Assembly: GCA_039033215.1 (NCBI GenBank)
Contig: JBCCDA010000005.1
Location: 3,670-67,669 of the forward strand
Direction: 5' to 3'
DNA: 64,000 nt
Source of the DNA: Pseudomonadota bacterium
GTDB lineage: Bacteria > Pseudomonadota > Alphaproteobacteria > Rhodobacterales > Rhodobacteraceae
Shown here: positions 1 through 10,183 of the stretch, piece after piece
Layout: every line of letters starts with the position of its first letter
Numbering within the stretch: position 1 is the stretch's first letter
Position numbers and translations under genes: made by a program
The notes under the pieces: model-generated
Told to the model about the DNA's origin: nothing
The model's input: the letters and a program-made list of their open reading frames with translations, nothing else
Database searches by the model: none

Positions 1-2
1 CT

Positions 3-107
3 ATCAATGCTCTCGCAAGTGAGCTTGATCAAACGCGCACACCGCCAGCATCACTTGCATCCGCGATCCGCCTGTTTGTGCTGCAAGAGCTGAAATCGGG
101 ACGCTAG
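3..107 (+). CDS. 3' end of ribbon-helix-helix domain protein (partial, runs off window start)
   Basis: Frame from base 3 reads INALASELDQTRTPPASLASAIRLFVLQELKSGR*, resembling the C-terminus of alphaproteobacterial RHH_4 proteins; stop overlaps the P450 stop. Confidence 0.65.
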   Translation: MNALASELDQTRTPPASLASAIRLFVLQELKSGR

Positions 108-1519
108 CGCCGCTCGATCGTCAACCAGATACCATTGTCCGAGCGAACCGTGAGCTGCGCGGTCGGCACCGGAATCCGGTTGGCGACCGGACGAATCTGA
201 TACCGCGCCGCGATCATGCCAAGCATCAGGACGCCTTCTTGCATGGCGAACCCTGCCCCGGTGCAGACGCGCGGCCCGGCCGAAAACGGCAAGAACGCAT
301 CCCGGGCGCAACGCCGTCCCTCCTCGGTCTGCCATCGGTCCGGGTCGAAATCGTGCGGGCGATCCCAGATCCGCTCATGGCGGCCAAGATGCCACGGCGA
401 TATGACGACGGGCGACCCTGGAGGTATCTGCTTGTCGCGCATCTCCTCGGGGCATGTCGTCTCGCGGATCATCATAGGGACCGGTGGATAGAGGCGCAGG
501 GTTTCACGGAAGACATCGCGGGTGAAGCTGAGGCTCCTGAGGTCGGACAGCGTTGGGCGCGAGGCAAAAACTGGCGCAGCCTCCGCATAGAGCCGCTCCT
601 GTACGTCCGGCGAACTGGCGATGAGGTAGAGAGCCCAGGCGAGAGCGGACGCAGAGGTCTCATGCCCCGCCAGAAAGAAGATCGCCAGCTGATCAGCCAT
701 CTCGCGCTCTCCGAACATGTCGCCGGTGACCGGATCACGCGTTGTCATGATTGCGGTGGCAAGATCGCACGGCGCGTTGCCAGCCTCGATTTCGCGGCGG
801 CGGTGCTCGACAAACTCCCGAAGCAGGTGGCGGATCTCGCGGGCAGCGCGCCGCTTGAGCCAGCGTTTAGGACCCACCCGGGGAAACCATGCGGGAGTGC
901 GCATGAGATCCGCGGGCGAGAGCATCGGTGCAGCTTGCTGGTATCGACGAAAGGCGCTGAAGACCCGGCGCGCCGTATCCGATGTAATGGGCTGGGAGAA
1001 TAGTGTCCGGAAAATGACATCGGCAGCGGCGTGCGATGCCTCGAACTCCATTTCCACCGGCGTGCCGTCCGCCTGCGCCGACAAGCGGTTCGACATCTCT
1101 TCCGCGGCATCCAGCATCGGATTGAACGTCTCGCGCAGACGTCCACCCTCAAAGCTCGGGTCAATGATCCGTCGCTGACGCTCCCACGTCTCTCCGTTGG
1201 TCACGAAGACGCTGTCACCTAGCAGATCGCCCAAGATTGCCCGCACAACACCGGATTTCGGGAAGTCCTTTGGCCGGTCCACCAACACCCGGCGGACCAG
1301 ATCCGGTTGGTTCGGCATGTAAGAATTGTACCATGGGGTGCGGGCCTCAGCGAGCCACGCCCGATAGAGCCGAGGTGACAGCGCCGCGAACAAGTTGCGC
1401 CGCGCGCGAGCCCAGATCTGCAGGAACCAGAGCCCATCGGGGCGTGACGGAGGCATCGGCGGTCGAAAGCACGGACGAGAAGGCGCATCCTTCAGACGTC
1501 CAAAGCGTGAACCATCCAC
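104..1519 (-). CDS. Cytochrome P450
   Basis: I-helix AGHETS, K-helix ETLR, PDRW and heme motif FSAGPRVCTG; start codon uncertain. Confidence 0.95.
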   Translation of the reverse strand: MDGSRFGRLKDAPSRPCFRPPMPPSRPDGLWFLQIWARARRNLFAALSPRLYRAWLAEARTPWYNSYMPNQPDLVRRVLVDRPKDFPKSGVVRAILGDLLGDSVFVTNGETWERQRRIIDPSFEGGRLRETFNPMLDAAEEMSNRLSAQADGTPVEMEFEASHAAADVIFRTLFSQPITSDTARRVFSAFRRYQQAAPMLSPADLMRTPAWFPRVGPKRWLKRRAAREIRHLLREFVEHRRREIEAGNAPCDLATAIMTTRDPVTGDMFGEREMADQLAIFFLAGHETSASALAWALYLIASSPDVQERLYAEAAPVFASRPTLSDLRSLSFTRDVFRETLRLYPPVPMMIRETTCPEEMRDKQIPPGSPVVISPWHLGRHERIWDRPHDFDPDRWQTEEGRRCARDAFLPFSAGPRVCTGAGFAMQEGVLMLGMIAARYQIRPVANRIPVPTAQLTVRSDNGIWLTIERR

Positions 1520-1522
1520 CGT

Positions 1523-2830
1523 TCAACCAGCGTGCAGTGACGGAGAAACGGGGGCAGCCAGCATGGACGGCGAACAGTCCCGTCCAGCATAGCGCGTGGC
1601 CAGGGCGAGCGGCCCGGACGTTATCTCGAAGTAGTCGAACGCATCTGGCTTTGCGAAAGCACAGAGATATTGAAAGTGCATCCGGAGAAAGCGCCAGCGA
1701 TTGCGGCGCAGGAGTGCTGGATCCATCGTGCACCGGAAGGCGGCAGACACTACCAGCGGATTCAACGCCGTCGCTGGCCGACCTCCGACACGGCAGTTTG
1801 CCGCCGGGTCAGTCAATGCGAAGCACGCCCCGTCACCGGGTGCTGTCACGTCCAGCCAAAAAACGCGCGGCTCATCGGCCAGCAGGGCGAGATCGGCCCG
1901 AAGGTCATGTGCTTCAGGCAGAAAGCTGATCATTGCGATGCTCTGGCCCAGGGTAACCAACCCAACATGTGGCCCATCCGGAACGCCGTGCCGGCGGATC
2001 ATCCTCGCAAGTGCGCTCACACCCAACTGCGCGCCCGAGGAATGGCCGACCACAAGTACTTCGTCATACTGTCCGGAGGTGGCCGCATAATGGATCCGCT
2101 CGGCGAAGTGATCGAGCCGATCGCTCAACACCTCGGGATACTGCCCGTTACCGGCTGCGGTGTACCCAAGGTCGTTGACCATGAAGTAGATCATCAACTG
2201 TTCTTCGAAGATGCGCGTGCAAAGCATGGCCGCCGTCCCGGCAACGAGACCTGTGCCGGCCGCAAGCCAAACGGGCCCGCCGAGCCCGGCACCTACAATC
2301 AGCCCCGCCGAAGAGCCGATCAGGCCAGCGTAGAGCAGATAGAACATCATCAGGAAAGCTGGGACGAGACCTGCCACAAGCGGACCGGACCTAAGCCGCC
2401 ACATCGACTGGATCGCGCCGGAGGTCAGATAGCACCAGAGCGTTCGGAACATCAGCGCATAGACATAGACCAGGCTGGGACGGAACGAGTGGCGGACGAT
2501 GTCGTCCCAGCCCAGAAACTCGAACTCGGCTTCCGAGCGCAGGCCACTACGGTGGTGCGTGGCGCGCCAGCGGAAGGCGCCGCAGTCGGTCCTTGGAAGG
2601 CCAGAAACATCGACCGTGTATCCCGACACCGCAGCTTGCGTCGGTCCCTCTTTGCGATAGAGCTCACGATAGCGGCGTGGACCAAGCGGATCAAAACCAG
2701 AGACGTAGAAGACCTTGCGACGGGCAACGTCCTGACGCACGAAACGCGCGTGATCGAGCTTGTGTCCGCCCAGCAGTTCTGTGCCCAGCGAGATGTTCAC
2801 GTCGGTGCCTACTCCCCTTGCTGTCCCCAC
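1523..2830 (-). CDS. Hypothetical membrane-associated alpha/beta-hydrolase-like protein, co-oriented with the P450
   Basis: GHSSG nucleophile-elbow motif, central hydrophobic helices, 3 bp from the P450 ORF; start uncertain. Confidence 0.6.
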   Translation of the reverse strand: MGTARGVGTDVNISLGTELLGGHKLDHARFVRQDVARRKVFYVSGFDPLGPRRYRELYRKEGPTQAAVSGYTVDVSGLPRTDCGAFRWRATHHRSGLRSEAEFEFLGWDDIVRHSFRPSLVYVYALMFRTLWCYLTSGAIQSMWRLRSGPLVAGLVPAFLMMFYLLYAGLIGSSAGLIVGAGLGGPVWLAAGTGLVAGTAAMLCTRIFEEQLMIYFMVNDLGYTAAGNGQYPEVLSDRLDHFAERIHYAATSGQYDEVLVVGHSSGAQLGVSALARMIRRHGVPDGPHVGLVTLGQSIAMISFLPEAHDLRADLALLADEPRVFWLDVTAPGDGACFALTDPAANCRVGGRPATALNPLVVSAAFRCTMDPALLRRNRWRFLRMHFQYLCAFAKPDAFDYFEITSGPLALATRYAGRDCSPSMLAAPVSPSLHAG

Positions 2831-2878
2831 AGCCTAAGCGGATAACGTTACTGATTTGCTCGTAACTAGAGCCGACAA

Positions 2879-3814
2879 TCAACCAATAGTTGCGAGTGCG
2901 GGAAATGTCTCGATGAGCAGATAGGCCAAACGTTCGAAATCGCCAGAAACCATCATGACGCCGACCAGAATCAGCATGGCGCCCATGCCGCGTTCGACCG
3001 TACCGACGTGACGCCGGAACCCCCGTGCCCAAGTGAGGAACGGGCCGAGGAACATGGCCCCGATCAAAAACGGCACACCGAGCCCCAGCGCGTAGAACCC
3101 CAAGAGAACAGCCCCACCGGTTATGCTGTCACTCTGGCTCGCGAAGGTGAGGATCGTGCCGAGGATCGGGCCAAGACACGGCGTCCAGCCGAACGCAAAC
3201 GCCATGCCGATCAGGAAACTTGCCCCGGCCGACCCCGCCTTCCGTGGTCCCTCGAACCGTGCCTCACGGTTCAGGATCGGGATCTTTTCCCAGCCCGTGG
3301 CCCAAAGCGCGGTGCCAGCTACCGCCAGACCGACGAGCCCCGGCCAAACAGCTTCGGCACGTTCGAGCACCGGCTGGCCCATCGCGAGCCAGAACGCGAG
3401 CAGCAAGACCAGCACCCCGCCCGTGATCGCAAGGGCTGCACGAAGCCCCCAGAAATGGATCCCGAAGATGAAGATCAGCACGCCGGAAATCATGCCCAGC
3501 CAGTGCTTGTTGTCGAGAAAGACGTTGCCCGCCGTCGCCATCCCGATGCCCAGAAGCACGAAGACCGTGCCCAGCCCAAGGACGAAGAAGACAGCGGCGA
3601 GCATGATGCGCCGTTGCGCAGCCTTGTCGATCTGATCCCCCTCGCCGGACACACGGTCGAGCGTGGTTCCCCCCAGGTACGCGAGATAGGGCGGCGCCAT
3701 GGGCAAGACGCACGGGCTCGCGAAGCTGAGCAACCCGAACAGGAACGCAAAAGCAATCCCGATCAGACTGCCCGAGCGGATGGCCTCGATCCCAAGATCC
3801 TGCAGCGCTTCCAT
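2879..3814 (-). CDS. ccdA: Cytochrome c biogenesis protein CcdA (DsbD-beta/SoxV family)
   Basis: SFASPCVLPM and GWTPCLGP redox-Cys motifs; ATG at 3814 (MEALQDLG) chosen within the longer listed ORF. Confidence 0.9.
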   Translation of the reverse strand: MEALQDLGIEAIRSGSLIGIAFAFLFGLLSFASPCVLPMAPPYLAYLGGTTLDRVSGEGDQIDKAAQRRIMLAAVFFVLGLGTVFVLLGIGMATAGNVFLDNKHWLGMISGVLIFIFGIHFWGLRAALAITGGVLVLLLAFWLAMGQPVLERAEAVWPGLVGLAVAGTALWATGWEKIPILNREARFEGPRKAGSAGASFLIGMAFAFGWTPCLGPILGTILTFASQSDSITGGAVLLGFYALGLGVPFLIGAMFLGPFLTWARGFRRHVGTVERGMGAMLILVGVMMVSGDFERLAYLLIETFPALATIG

Positions 3815-3909
3815 GTCGTCCCGATTTACCCTGTGCCGTGCCACATGTCGCAAACGCGTCTTAACGCCGAAACCCCTATACACGAGGACGTGAGGGCCGG
3901 GCGCTGCGG

Positions 3910-4356
3910 CTACTGCGCGCGCTGCTCCATCAGATAGGCGACGAGGTGCTCGATCTCGCGCGCCGTCAGCCGTGGCATGCCAAAACGGGGATCTTCCGGT
4001 TCCATCCGCTGCCCCGCGGAATAGTAACCGGGCATCGTGGTCTCGGGCGCCAACACCCGGGGCGCCACGATCCAGAGCCTGATGGCGCCTTCGTTCAACC
4101 GCGCGCCGACACCTGACAGAGAAGGCGCGGCCTCTCCAGCCGCTGCCTGCGCCCCGGGTCCGCTGGGCGAGCCGTGACAACCGGAGCACCCGGTCGCCGC
4201 CATATCGAAGTAGAGAACCCTGCCATCTTCCGCACTCCCCGGTGTGCCGGTCAAACTGTCCGGGATCTCCGAGCCATCGACGATCGTGTAAGCAACAGGC
4301 TCCGCAACGGCGGGCATGGCCAGAAAGACGGCGATCAGGGCGGCTGCAAATCGCAT
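3910..4356 (-). CDS. SoxX-like monoheme c-type cytochrome
   Basis: Signal peptide MRFAAAL..AVA, IPDSLTGTPGSAEDG, CSGCH heme motif, TTMPGYY, LTAREIEHLVAYL. Confidence 0.8.
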   Translation of the reverse strand: MRFAAALIAVFLAMPAVAEPVAYTIVDGSEIPDSLTGTPGSAEDGRVLYFDMAATGCSGCHGSPSGPGAQAAAGEAAPSLSGVGARLNEGAIRLWIVAPRVLAPETTMPGYYSAGQRMEPEDPRFGMPRLTAREIEHLVAYLMEQRAQ

Positions 4357-4429
4357 GGCGGCGGGGGTAGCCCCGTGTCCCCGACGATGCAAGCTTGCAG
4401 CGGATCATTCGGGCCGCTAGCTGGATGGC

Positions 4430-4675
4430 ATGACCGAGACCCCGACCCCGGACGCCGAGATCGACACCTGCGGGCTGCTTTGCCCTCTGCCCGTCCTGAA
4501 GGCGCGCAAGCGACTGCAGGCCATGTCAGAGGGGGCCGTCCTGCTGATGCGCGCGGACGATCCGGCAGCCCGGGTGGACGTGCCCCACTTCTGTCTGGAA
4601 CAGGGCCACACGCTGGTGTGTGAGGCCGATCTGGAAGGCGGGGTGCTGGAGTTCGTCATCCGAAAGGGCGGCTGA
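4430..4675 (+). CDS. TusA/SirA-family sulfur carrier
   Basis: D..GLLCPLPVLKARK motif, ADDPAA, 81 aa. Confidence 0.9.
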   Translation: MTETPTPDAEIDTCGLLCPLPVLKARKRLQAMSEGAVLLMRADDPAARVDVPHFCLEQGHTLVCEADLEGGVLEFVIRKGG

Positions 4676-4819
4676 GCCGCCGACCCGTCCCTGACACTGA
4701 AATACGTCCCGGCGTCGTGAAATCGCCTCCGCAAGCCCCTATCTGAGTTCCCGGGGGTGCTGGCGGAGCGCAAACAAGCGCGGTATGGTGGCGTGCAGTT
4801 GAGTAGCAGCGGGGGGTCC

Positions 4820-4945
4820 ATGGGACCGAAGTGGCTTGGATGGGTGGCGTTCCTGGTACTGGCCATGCTGATCGGCGTGACCTCGTGTAACGCCGGGTTC
4901 GGCGGTGCTGACGGACCGTCCACCGGCCAGGAGACGGCGCAATGA
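4820..4945 (+). CDS. Small single-TM protein heading the xpaC operon
   Basis: MGPKWLGWVAFLVLAMLIGVTSC...; ATGA overlap with next gene. Confidence 0.5.
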   Translation: MGPKWLGWVAFLVLAMLIGVTSCNAGFGGADGPSTGQETAQ

Positions 4946-5868
4946 ACGCCAAACGGTTCGGCGGCGCGCACAGTCCCGGTGGAGATCCGACCGGCGACAA
5001 ACCCGGTCAGCCCGCTCCCAACAAGTTCCGCGGCCGCAAGGCGCGGTCGGTCGACGTGCGCTCGATCCTCATGTTTGTCCTCCCGACACCACTGCTGTTC
5101 GCCGCCTTCGGGGCGATGGGGTCCGGGAACGGCTTGCGCCTGGTCGGCTTCCTGCTGTCCTATCTCAGCCTGATGCTTGGGGCGTGGATGCTGCGCGAGG
5201 GCCAGCGGGCACAGGCCGCCTATGACGAGCGCACCATCGCCCGCCCGCCTTTCCCCCGCAAGATCACCGCCGCCGTGCTGGCCGGGATCGGCGTCTTCCT
5301 CGCCTATTGGCTCGGCAACGCACCGGACGGGCTGGGGGCAGCAATCGGCACCTACCTCCAGGCAACCATATTCGGGCTGGTCGCGGCGGGCGCCCATCTC
5401 ATGGCCTTCGGGCTGGACCCGTTGCGCTCGAAGGGGGCGACCAGCGCGATCCACCAGGCCGAGGCCGAGCGGGTCGCCGAAGCGCTCGACCGGGCCGAAG
5501 AGAAGCTCAAGAACATCGAGAGCCTGGCGCACCAGCTGCGTGACCGCGACATCGACGCCCGTGTGACCAAACTGAACGCGACCGTGCGCGACATGATCTC
5601 GATCGTCGAGAAGGACCCGCGCGATCTCTCCCGCGCCCGGCGCTATCTGGGCGTCTACCTCAAGGGGGCCGAGGACGCGACGCGCAAGTACGCCGAGAAC
5701 CACGCCCGCCTGAACGACCCCCAGATCCGCACGGACTACCTGGATCTGCTCACCGACCTCGAGGCCAGCTTCGGGCGGGGCCGCGAGACCCTGCTGATCG
5801 ACGACCGCAATGATCTCGAAGTCGAGATCGAGGTGCTGCGCGACCGGCTGGGCCAGGAAAGGGCCTGA
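4942..5868 (+). CDS. 5-bromo-4-chloroindolyl phosphate hydrolysis (XpaC) family membrane protein
   Basis: Four N-terminal TM helices then VEKDPRDLSRARRYLGVYL...DLEVEIEVL; lies upstream of TelA homologue. Confidence 0.8.
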   Translation: MNAKRFGGAHSPGGDPTGDKPGQPAPNKFRGRKARSVDVRSILMFVLPTPLLFAAFGAMGSGNGLRLVGFLLSYLSLMLGAWMLREGQRAQAAYDERTIARPPFPRKITAAVLAGIGVFLAYWLGNAPDGLGAAIGTYLQATIFGLVAAGAHLMAFGLDPLRSKGATSAIHQAEAERVAEALDRAEEKLKNIESLAHQLRDRDIDARVTKLNATVRDMISIVEKDPRDLSRARRYLGVYLKGAEDATRKYAENHARLNDPQIRTDYLDLLTDLEASFGRGRETLLIDDRNDLEVEIEVLRDRLGQERA

Positions 5869-5870
5869 AC

Positions 5871-6341
5871 ATGACGGGCGCCCAGCTCTCTTACGCGCTG
5901 ATCGCGCTGATCGGTGGGGCGGCCGTGCCGTTCCTCGCTTCGATCAACGCCGCCTACGGACAACAGATCGGTTCTGTCTGGCTCGCGGGCATGACACTCT
6001 GTGTCGTCGCGTTGATCTCGGTCGCCGCCGTGGGCGCAGTGGCGGGCCTGCCGCCGTTGTCGTCCGTGGCCGGGGGCAAATGGTGGCACTACACCGCCGG
6101 CTGCTTCTTTGCGGTCTACGTCGTCTCGATCACTTACGTTGCACCGAAGATCGGGCTGGCCAACGCCATTATCCTGGTCGTCGTCGCGCAGATCTTCACC
6201 GCCGTGATCATCGACCACTTCGGACTACTGGGCCAGAAGGTCACCCCAATCGACTGGAAGCGCGCGCTGGGCGTTGCGTTCCTCATCGTGGGCGTCGCGC
6301 TCGCCCGCTCCCAACCCTCCCCCCCGGGGGTATCCGGCTAG
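5871..6341 (+). CDS. DMT-family (YdcZ-like) membrane transporter
   Basis: ASINAAY, APKIGLANAI, AQIFTAVIIDHFGLLG motifs. Confidence 0.85.
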   Translation: MTGAQLSYALIALIGGAAVPFLASINAAYGQQIGSVWLAGMTLCVVALISVAAVGAVAGLPPLSSVAGGKWWHYTAGCFFAVYVVSITYVAPKIGLANAIILVVVAQIFTAVIIDHFGLLGQKVTPIDWKRALGVAFLIVGVALARSQPSPPGVSG

Positions 6342-6387
6342 GCCACGCCACCAGACGCGGGCCCGCCGACAGACAGGAGGACTTCCC

Positions 6388-7557
6388 ATGGACACAACGC
6401 AGGAAAAGGCCACCGCGCTCGCCGAGCAGAGCAAGGAACTGGTCGAGGTCTTGGCAGATCCGGTGGCCGACCTCGTGCCCTACGAAGGTGCCGTTCCCGA
6501 AACGAAGGCCGAGATCGACCGGCGTATCGCCGAGCTGGACATGTCCGACACGCAGACGATCATCAAGTTCGGCTCGGGCGCTCAGATGGAACTGACCGCG
6601 CTGTCGGACCAGATGCTCGACGGTGTGCGCAACAAGGACCTTGGCCCCGCGGGCGATGCGCTGCGCAACATGGTGGGCACGATCCGCGGCTTTGATACGT
6701 CCGAGCTCGATCCCGGAGCCAAGCAGTCCTGGTGGCGCAAGCTCTTCGGGATGTCGGCCCCGATCCACGATTTCGTGGCCAAGTACGAAGGCGTGCGCGG
6801 TCAGATCGATGCGATCACCGACGAATTGCTGGACCACGAAACGGTGCTCCTGAAAGACGTCAAGATGCTCGACAAGCTCTACGAGCGGACGCTGAATTTC
6901 TACAACGAGCTGGGCCTCTACATCGCCGCGGGCGAGGCGAAGCTGCACGAACTCGACACCGTCGTCATCCCCAAGGAAGAGGCGGATGTGCAGGACGAGA
7001 CGAAGGACTCGATCCTCGAGGCGCAGGAGGTCCGCGATATCCGGGCCGCCCGCGACGAGCTTGAACGCCGTGTGCACGACATGAAGCTGACCCGTCAGGT
7101 CACCATGCAGTCGCTGCCATCGATCCGGCTGGTGCAGGAGAACGACAAGTCACTCATCAACAAGATCAATTCGACCATGGTCAACACGGTGCCGCTCTGG
7201 AAGAACCAGCTCTCGATCGCGCTGGCCACCTTCCGCTCACGCGAAGCGGGGCGTGTCGTCAAGGAAGCAAACGACCTCACGAACGACCTGCTGACCTCGA
7301 ACGCGGACATGCTGCGCCAGTCGAACGCCGAGGTGCGCGCACAGATCGAACGTGGTGTCTTCGACATCGAAGCGGTCAAACAGGCCAACGCACAGGTGAT
7401 CGCGACGATCGAGGACAGCTTGCGGATCGCGGACGAAGGCAAGGCCAAGCGCGCCGCCGCCGAGAAGGAGCTCGTGCAGATGGAGGAGGAGCTCAAGCAA
7501 ACCCTCGCCGCCGCCAGCGCCCGGCCGGCAGCGCCGGCGGAAGGACCCGCGGCCTGA
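6388..7557 (+). CDS. Toxic anion resistance protein (TelA/YaaN family)
   Basis: RBS GGAGG before ATG 6388; QSLPSIRLVQENDKSLINKINS, TVPLWKNQL. Confidence 0.9.
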   Translation: MDTTQEKATALAEQSKELVEVLADPVADLVPYEGAVPETKAEIDRRIAELDMSDTQTIIKFGSGAQMELTALSDQMLDGVRNKDLGPAGDALRNMVGTIRGFDTSELDPGAKQSWWRKLFGMSAPIHDFVAKYEGVRGQIDAITDELLDHETVLLKDVKMLDKLYERTLNFYNELGLYIAAGEAKLHELDTVVIPKEEADVQDETKDSILEAQEVRDIRAARDELERRVHDMKLTRQVTMQSLPSIRLVQENDKSLINKINSTMVNTVPLWKNQLSIALATFRSREAGRVVKEANDLTNDLLTSNADMLRQSNAEVRAQIERGVFDIEAVKQANAQVIATIEDSLRIADEGKAKRAAAEKELVQMEEELKQTLAAASARPAAPAEGPAA

Positions 7558-7644
7558 CCCAAAGAAAGTCCCGGGCATTGACGTGCTCGGGGCTTACCCC
7601 TCACAATTGCGCAGATCTGCAACGAGTTCACGAGGGGAGTAACC

Positions 7645-8046
7645 ATGGGTTTTGCAGAAGCCGTCAAAACCGCCATCTTCAAGCGCTATGCGGACTTCCA
7701 GGGTCGATCCAGGAGATCCGAGTTCTGGTTCTTCTTTCTGTTCAACGTGATCCTTAGCTTCGGCGGCCAACTGATTGTCGGGTTGTTTGCAGCAGCCGTT
7801 CCGCTAATAGGCGCGATTCTGGCGATCCTTCTGATGATCATCTCGCTGGGACTGATCATCCCGGGCATAGCGCTTCTGATCCGGCGGCTGCACGATCTGG
7901 ACAAGTCAGGCTGGTGGATCCTGATCTTCCTGATCCCGCTCGTGAATCTGATCATGATGTTGATCTGGTTCACCCAGAAGGGAACCGAGGGCGACAACCG
8001 GTTCGGGCCCGACCCGACGGGCGACGTCGCAGCGCGCTTCGCCTGA
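7645..8046 (+). CDS. DUF805 inner-membrane protein
   Basis: YADFQGRSRRSEFW, RRLHDLDKSGWW, NRFGPDP. Confidence 0.9.
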   Translation: MGFAEAVKTAIFKRYADFQGRSRRSEFWFFFLFNVILSFGGQLIVGLFAAAVPLIGAILAILLMIISLGLIIPGIALLIRRLHDLDKSGWWILIFLIPLVNLIMMLIWFTQKGTEGDNRFGPDPTGDVAARFA

Positions 8047-8055
8047 CCGGACCAC

Positions 8056-8085
8056 CGGCGCCCGGAGCGTTCGGGCGCCGCTTTT
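8056..8085 (+). terminator. Probable intrinsic terminator after DUF805 gene
   Basis: CGGCGCCCGGA-GCG-TTCGGGCGCCG hairpin followed by CTTTT. Confidence 0.6.
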
Positions 8086-8199
8086 GACAGAAGTCGAACC
8101 TTCTCATGGCCTCATGCATCGGTGACATAGGCGCTGGGGTCGTTGACGCAGTGTGTCGGGCCGGATAACGCGTCGCCATATTTCAGCATGGAGCGATTT

Positions 8200-9093
8200 A
8201 TGGCCGACGATCTGATCCAACCGCGCCCCGCCTCGGAGCGCCCGGCCCTGGGGTTTGGCACCGTGATGAACGCGGCCTTCGCTCTGCCGTTCCGGCATTT
8301 GGGCGCCATGTCGAGCGTCATCATCGTCTACGCGCTGCTTAACGCGGCTGCGGTTTGGCTGCTGTTGGACAGGTTCGGCGACACCTCGTCGGACATGTCG
8401 CTGCCGGGTGGGCTGGACTCGCTAGAACCCTTCGGCGTTTTTGGTGAAGCAGCGGGTTACTTCGTCGCCGTATTCATCGTCGACTCTCTGATCAACGCAT
8501 TTGCACTCGCCGCCTTGACGACCCACTACGTGTCCGCGGCACACAGCAGATCGCCTGCGATCGCGACAACGCTTCAGATGGGCGTTCGCCGGCTGCCGCA
8601 AGTGTTCCTGGTAGTCTTGATCTGCTCGACGCTGTTTGTCTTTGCGGTCGCTTCGATCCCGCTGATCTTGTGGTCGACATTGCCATCGGCGCTGATCCTT
8701 CTCAGCCTCGTCGTCATCGCACAGATCGTGGTCTTCTTCGCCGTTTCGGTTCCAGTGGCGGCGGTCGAGGGCCGCTTGCTCGGCGCGTTCACCCGATCGG
8801 TCTATCTGACGCGGGGGTACCGGTTCTCCCTGCTCTGGTTCCACATCGTGTTCTTTCTCTTGTTCATGGTGATCACGGCGGTGATCAGTCTTGTGGCGTT
8901 GGCGCCATTGGCACTTGTCGGGGGAGACGGCATCTCCTCGTTCACAACCATCGCCTTTGCATCCAACCTCCTCGAAGGAGTTGTCACCGGGGTGACCTAT
9001 GCAATCGTCGCAGGCTTCTCATCGGCGCTGTATCTCCGCCTCCGCGAGATCAAGGAAGGTGGGACAGGCGGGCTGGAGACCGTGTTCGAGTAG
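8200..9093 (+). CDS. Multi-pass hypothetical membrane protein
   Basis: About 6 TM helices, AFTRSVYLTRGYR and LYLRLREIKEG..LETVFE tail; GGAG before ATG 8200. Confidence 0.7.
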   Translation: MADDLIQPRPASERPALGFGTVMNAAFALPFRHLGAMSSVIIVYALLNAAAVWLLLDRFGDTSSDMSLPGGLDSLEPFGVFGEAAGYFVAVFIVDSLINAFALAALTTHYVSAAHSRSPAIATTLQMGVRRLPQVFLVVLICSTLFVFAVASIPLILWSTLPSALILLSLVVIAQIVVFFAVSVPVAAVEGRLLGAFTRSVYLTRGYRFSLLWFHIVFFLLFMVITAVISLVALAPLALVGGDGISSFTTIAFASNLLEGVVTGVTYAIVAGFSSALYLRLREIKEGGTGGLETVFE

Positions 9094-9235
9094 ACGGACC
9101 CCAGGATCATACCGGATCGGGACGCGTACGAACCGGTCGGACGTCTGACTATCTGCCAGGGCAGCTCAAGAGGTTTCCCAACGGAGCCGCGGCTTGCCAC
9201 ACTCGCCCGTCGGCAGGGATGATTCGGATGCAGCG

Positions 9236-10099
9236 ATGGCGAAGACATGGGCGTTGGCCGTCGCGGGGGTGGCCGCGCTGATGGGTTGCGCCGATGGCGA
9301 CCGGTCCGGGGTCTACCGCGATCTCGCCGCGGATCTCGAGGCACGCGGCCATCTTCGGACAGACGCAGCACCTGCCGATGCCCCCTTCACCGCCGAGGAC
9401 CTGACCCGGGCTTTCGAACGGGTGGCGTTTTCCTACGAGTTCACGTTCCGTGACGGGCGCAAGGTCGAGGGGCCGATCGCCCGGCCCCTGAAACGCTGGC
9501 AGGGAACAGTCGGCTACCGGTTGATCGGCGACGGCGTGAGGGAGGCGGACCGCCTGGAGATCGCGGCGCTCTTTGACCGGCTCGCGACGCTGACGGGACT
9601 CACTTTCCGCGTCGTCACCGCCCGGGAGCACATGCTGATCTCCATCGCAACGCCCGAAGGCCGGCGCGAGATAAGCCAGGGCTTCGCGGACGCCGGGCAG
9701 GACGTGTACCGAGTGCACTATGACACTTGGCGACGCTCGCCGGGCTGGACATGCGGCGCGGTCACATCGGTGTCGACCGCCGACCCCAACCGTCTGATGC
9801 ATGCCCACATCTTCCTGGGCGCGGAGGCCAAAGGCATCATCCGCAGTGGATGTCTGCACGAAGAGATCGTGCAAGCGCTCGGCCTCACCGATGACGACCC
9901 CGACGCGCGGCCGTCGATCTTCAATGACGATCAGGAGTTCGCGCTTCTGACCATGCACGACGAGCTGTTGCTGCGCGTGCTCTATGACCCCCGCCTGCAG
10001 CCCGGGATGAGCGCGGCGGAAGCGGTGCCGATTGCGCGGCGCCTCTTTGCCGAATTGACAGCAGCCAACGCAATCCCCTTGTACCCAGTGACACAATAG
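9236..10099 (+). CDS. DUF2927 lipoprotein 1
   Basis: Lipobox ALMGC; CLHEEIVQALGL; RPSIFNDDQEFALLT. Confidence 0.85.
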   Translation: MAKTWALAVAGVAALMGCADGDRSGVYRDLAADLEARGHLRTDAAPADAPFTAEDLTRAFERVAFSYEFTFRDGRKVEGPIARPLKRWQGTVGYRLIGDGVREADRLEIAALFDRLATLTGLTFRVVTAREHMLISIATPEGRREISQGFADAGQDVYRVHYDTWRRSPGWTCGAVTSVSTADPNRLMHAHIFLGAEAKGIIRSGCLHEEIVQALGLTDDDPDARPSIFNDDQEFALLTMHDELLLRVLYDPRLQPGMSAAEAVPIARRLFAELTAANAIPLYPVTQ

Positions 10100-10183
10100 G
10101 CCGCGGATCGCCCGCCAAGGCTTCCCCAGCGCCGCATACGCACTAGACTGACAACAGTTGTTCATGGACCGGATCCCGCCCCG

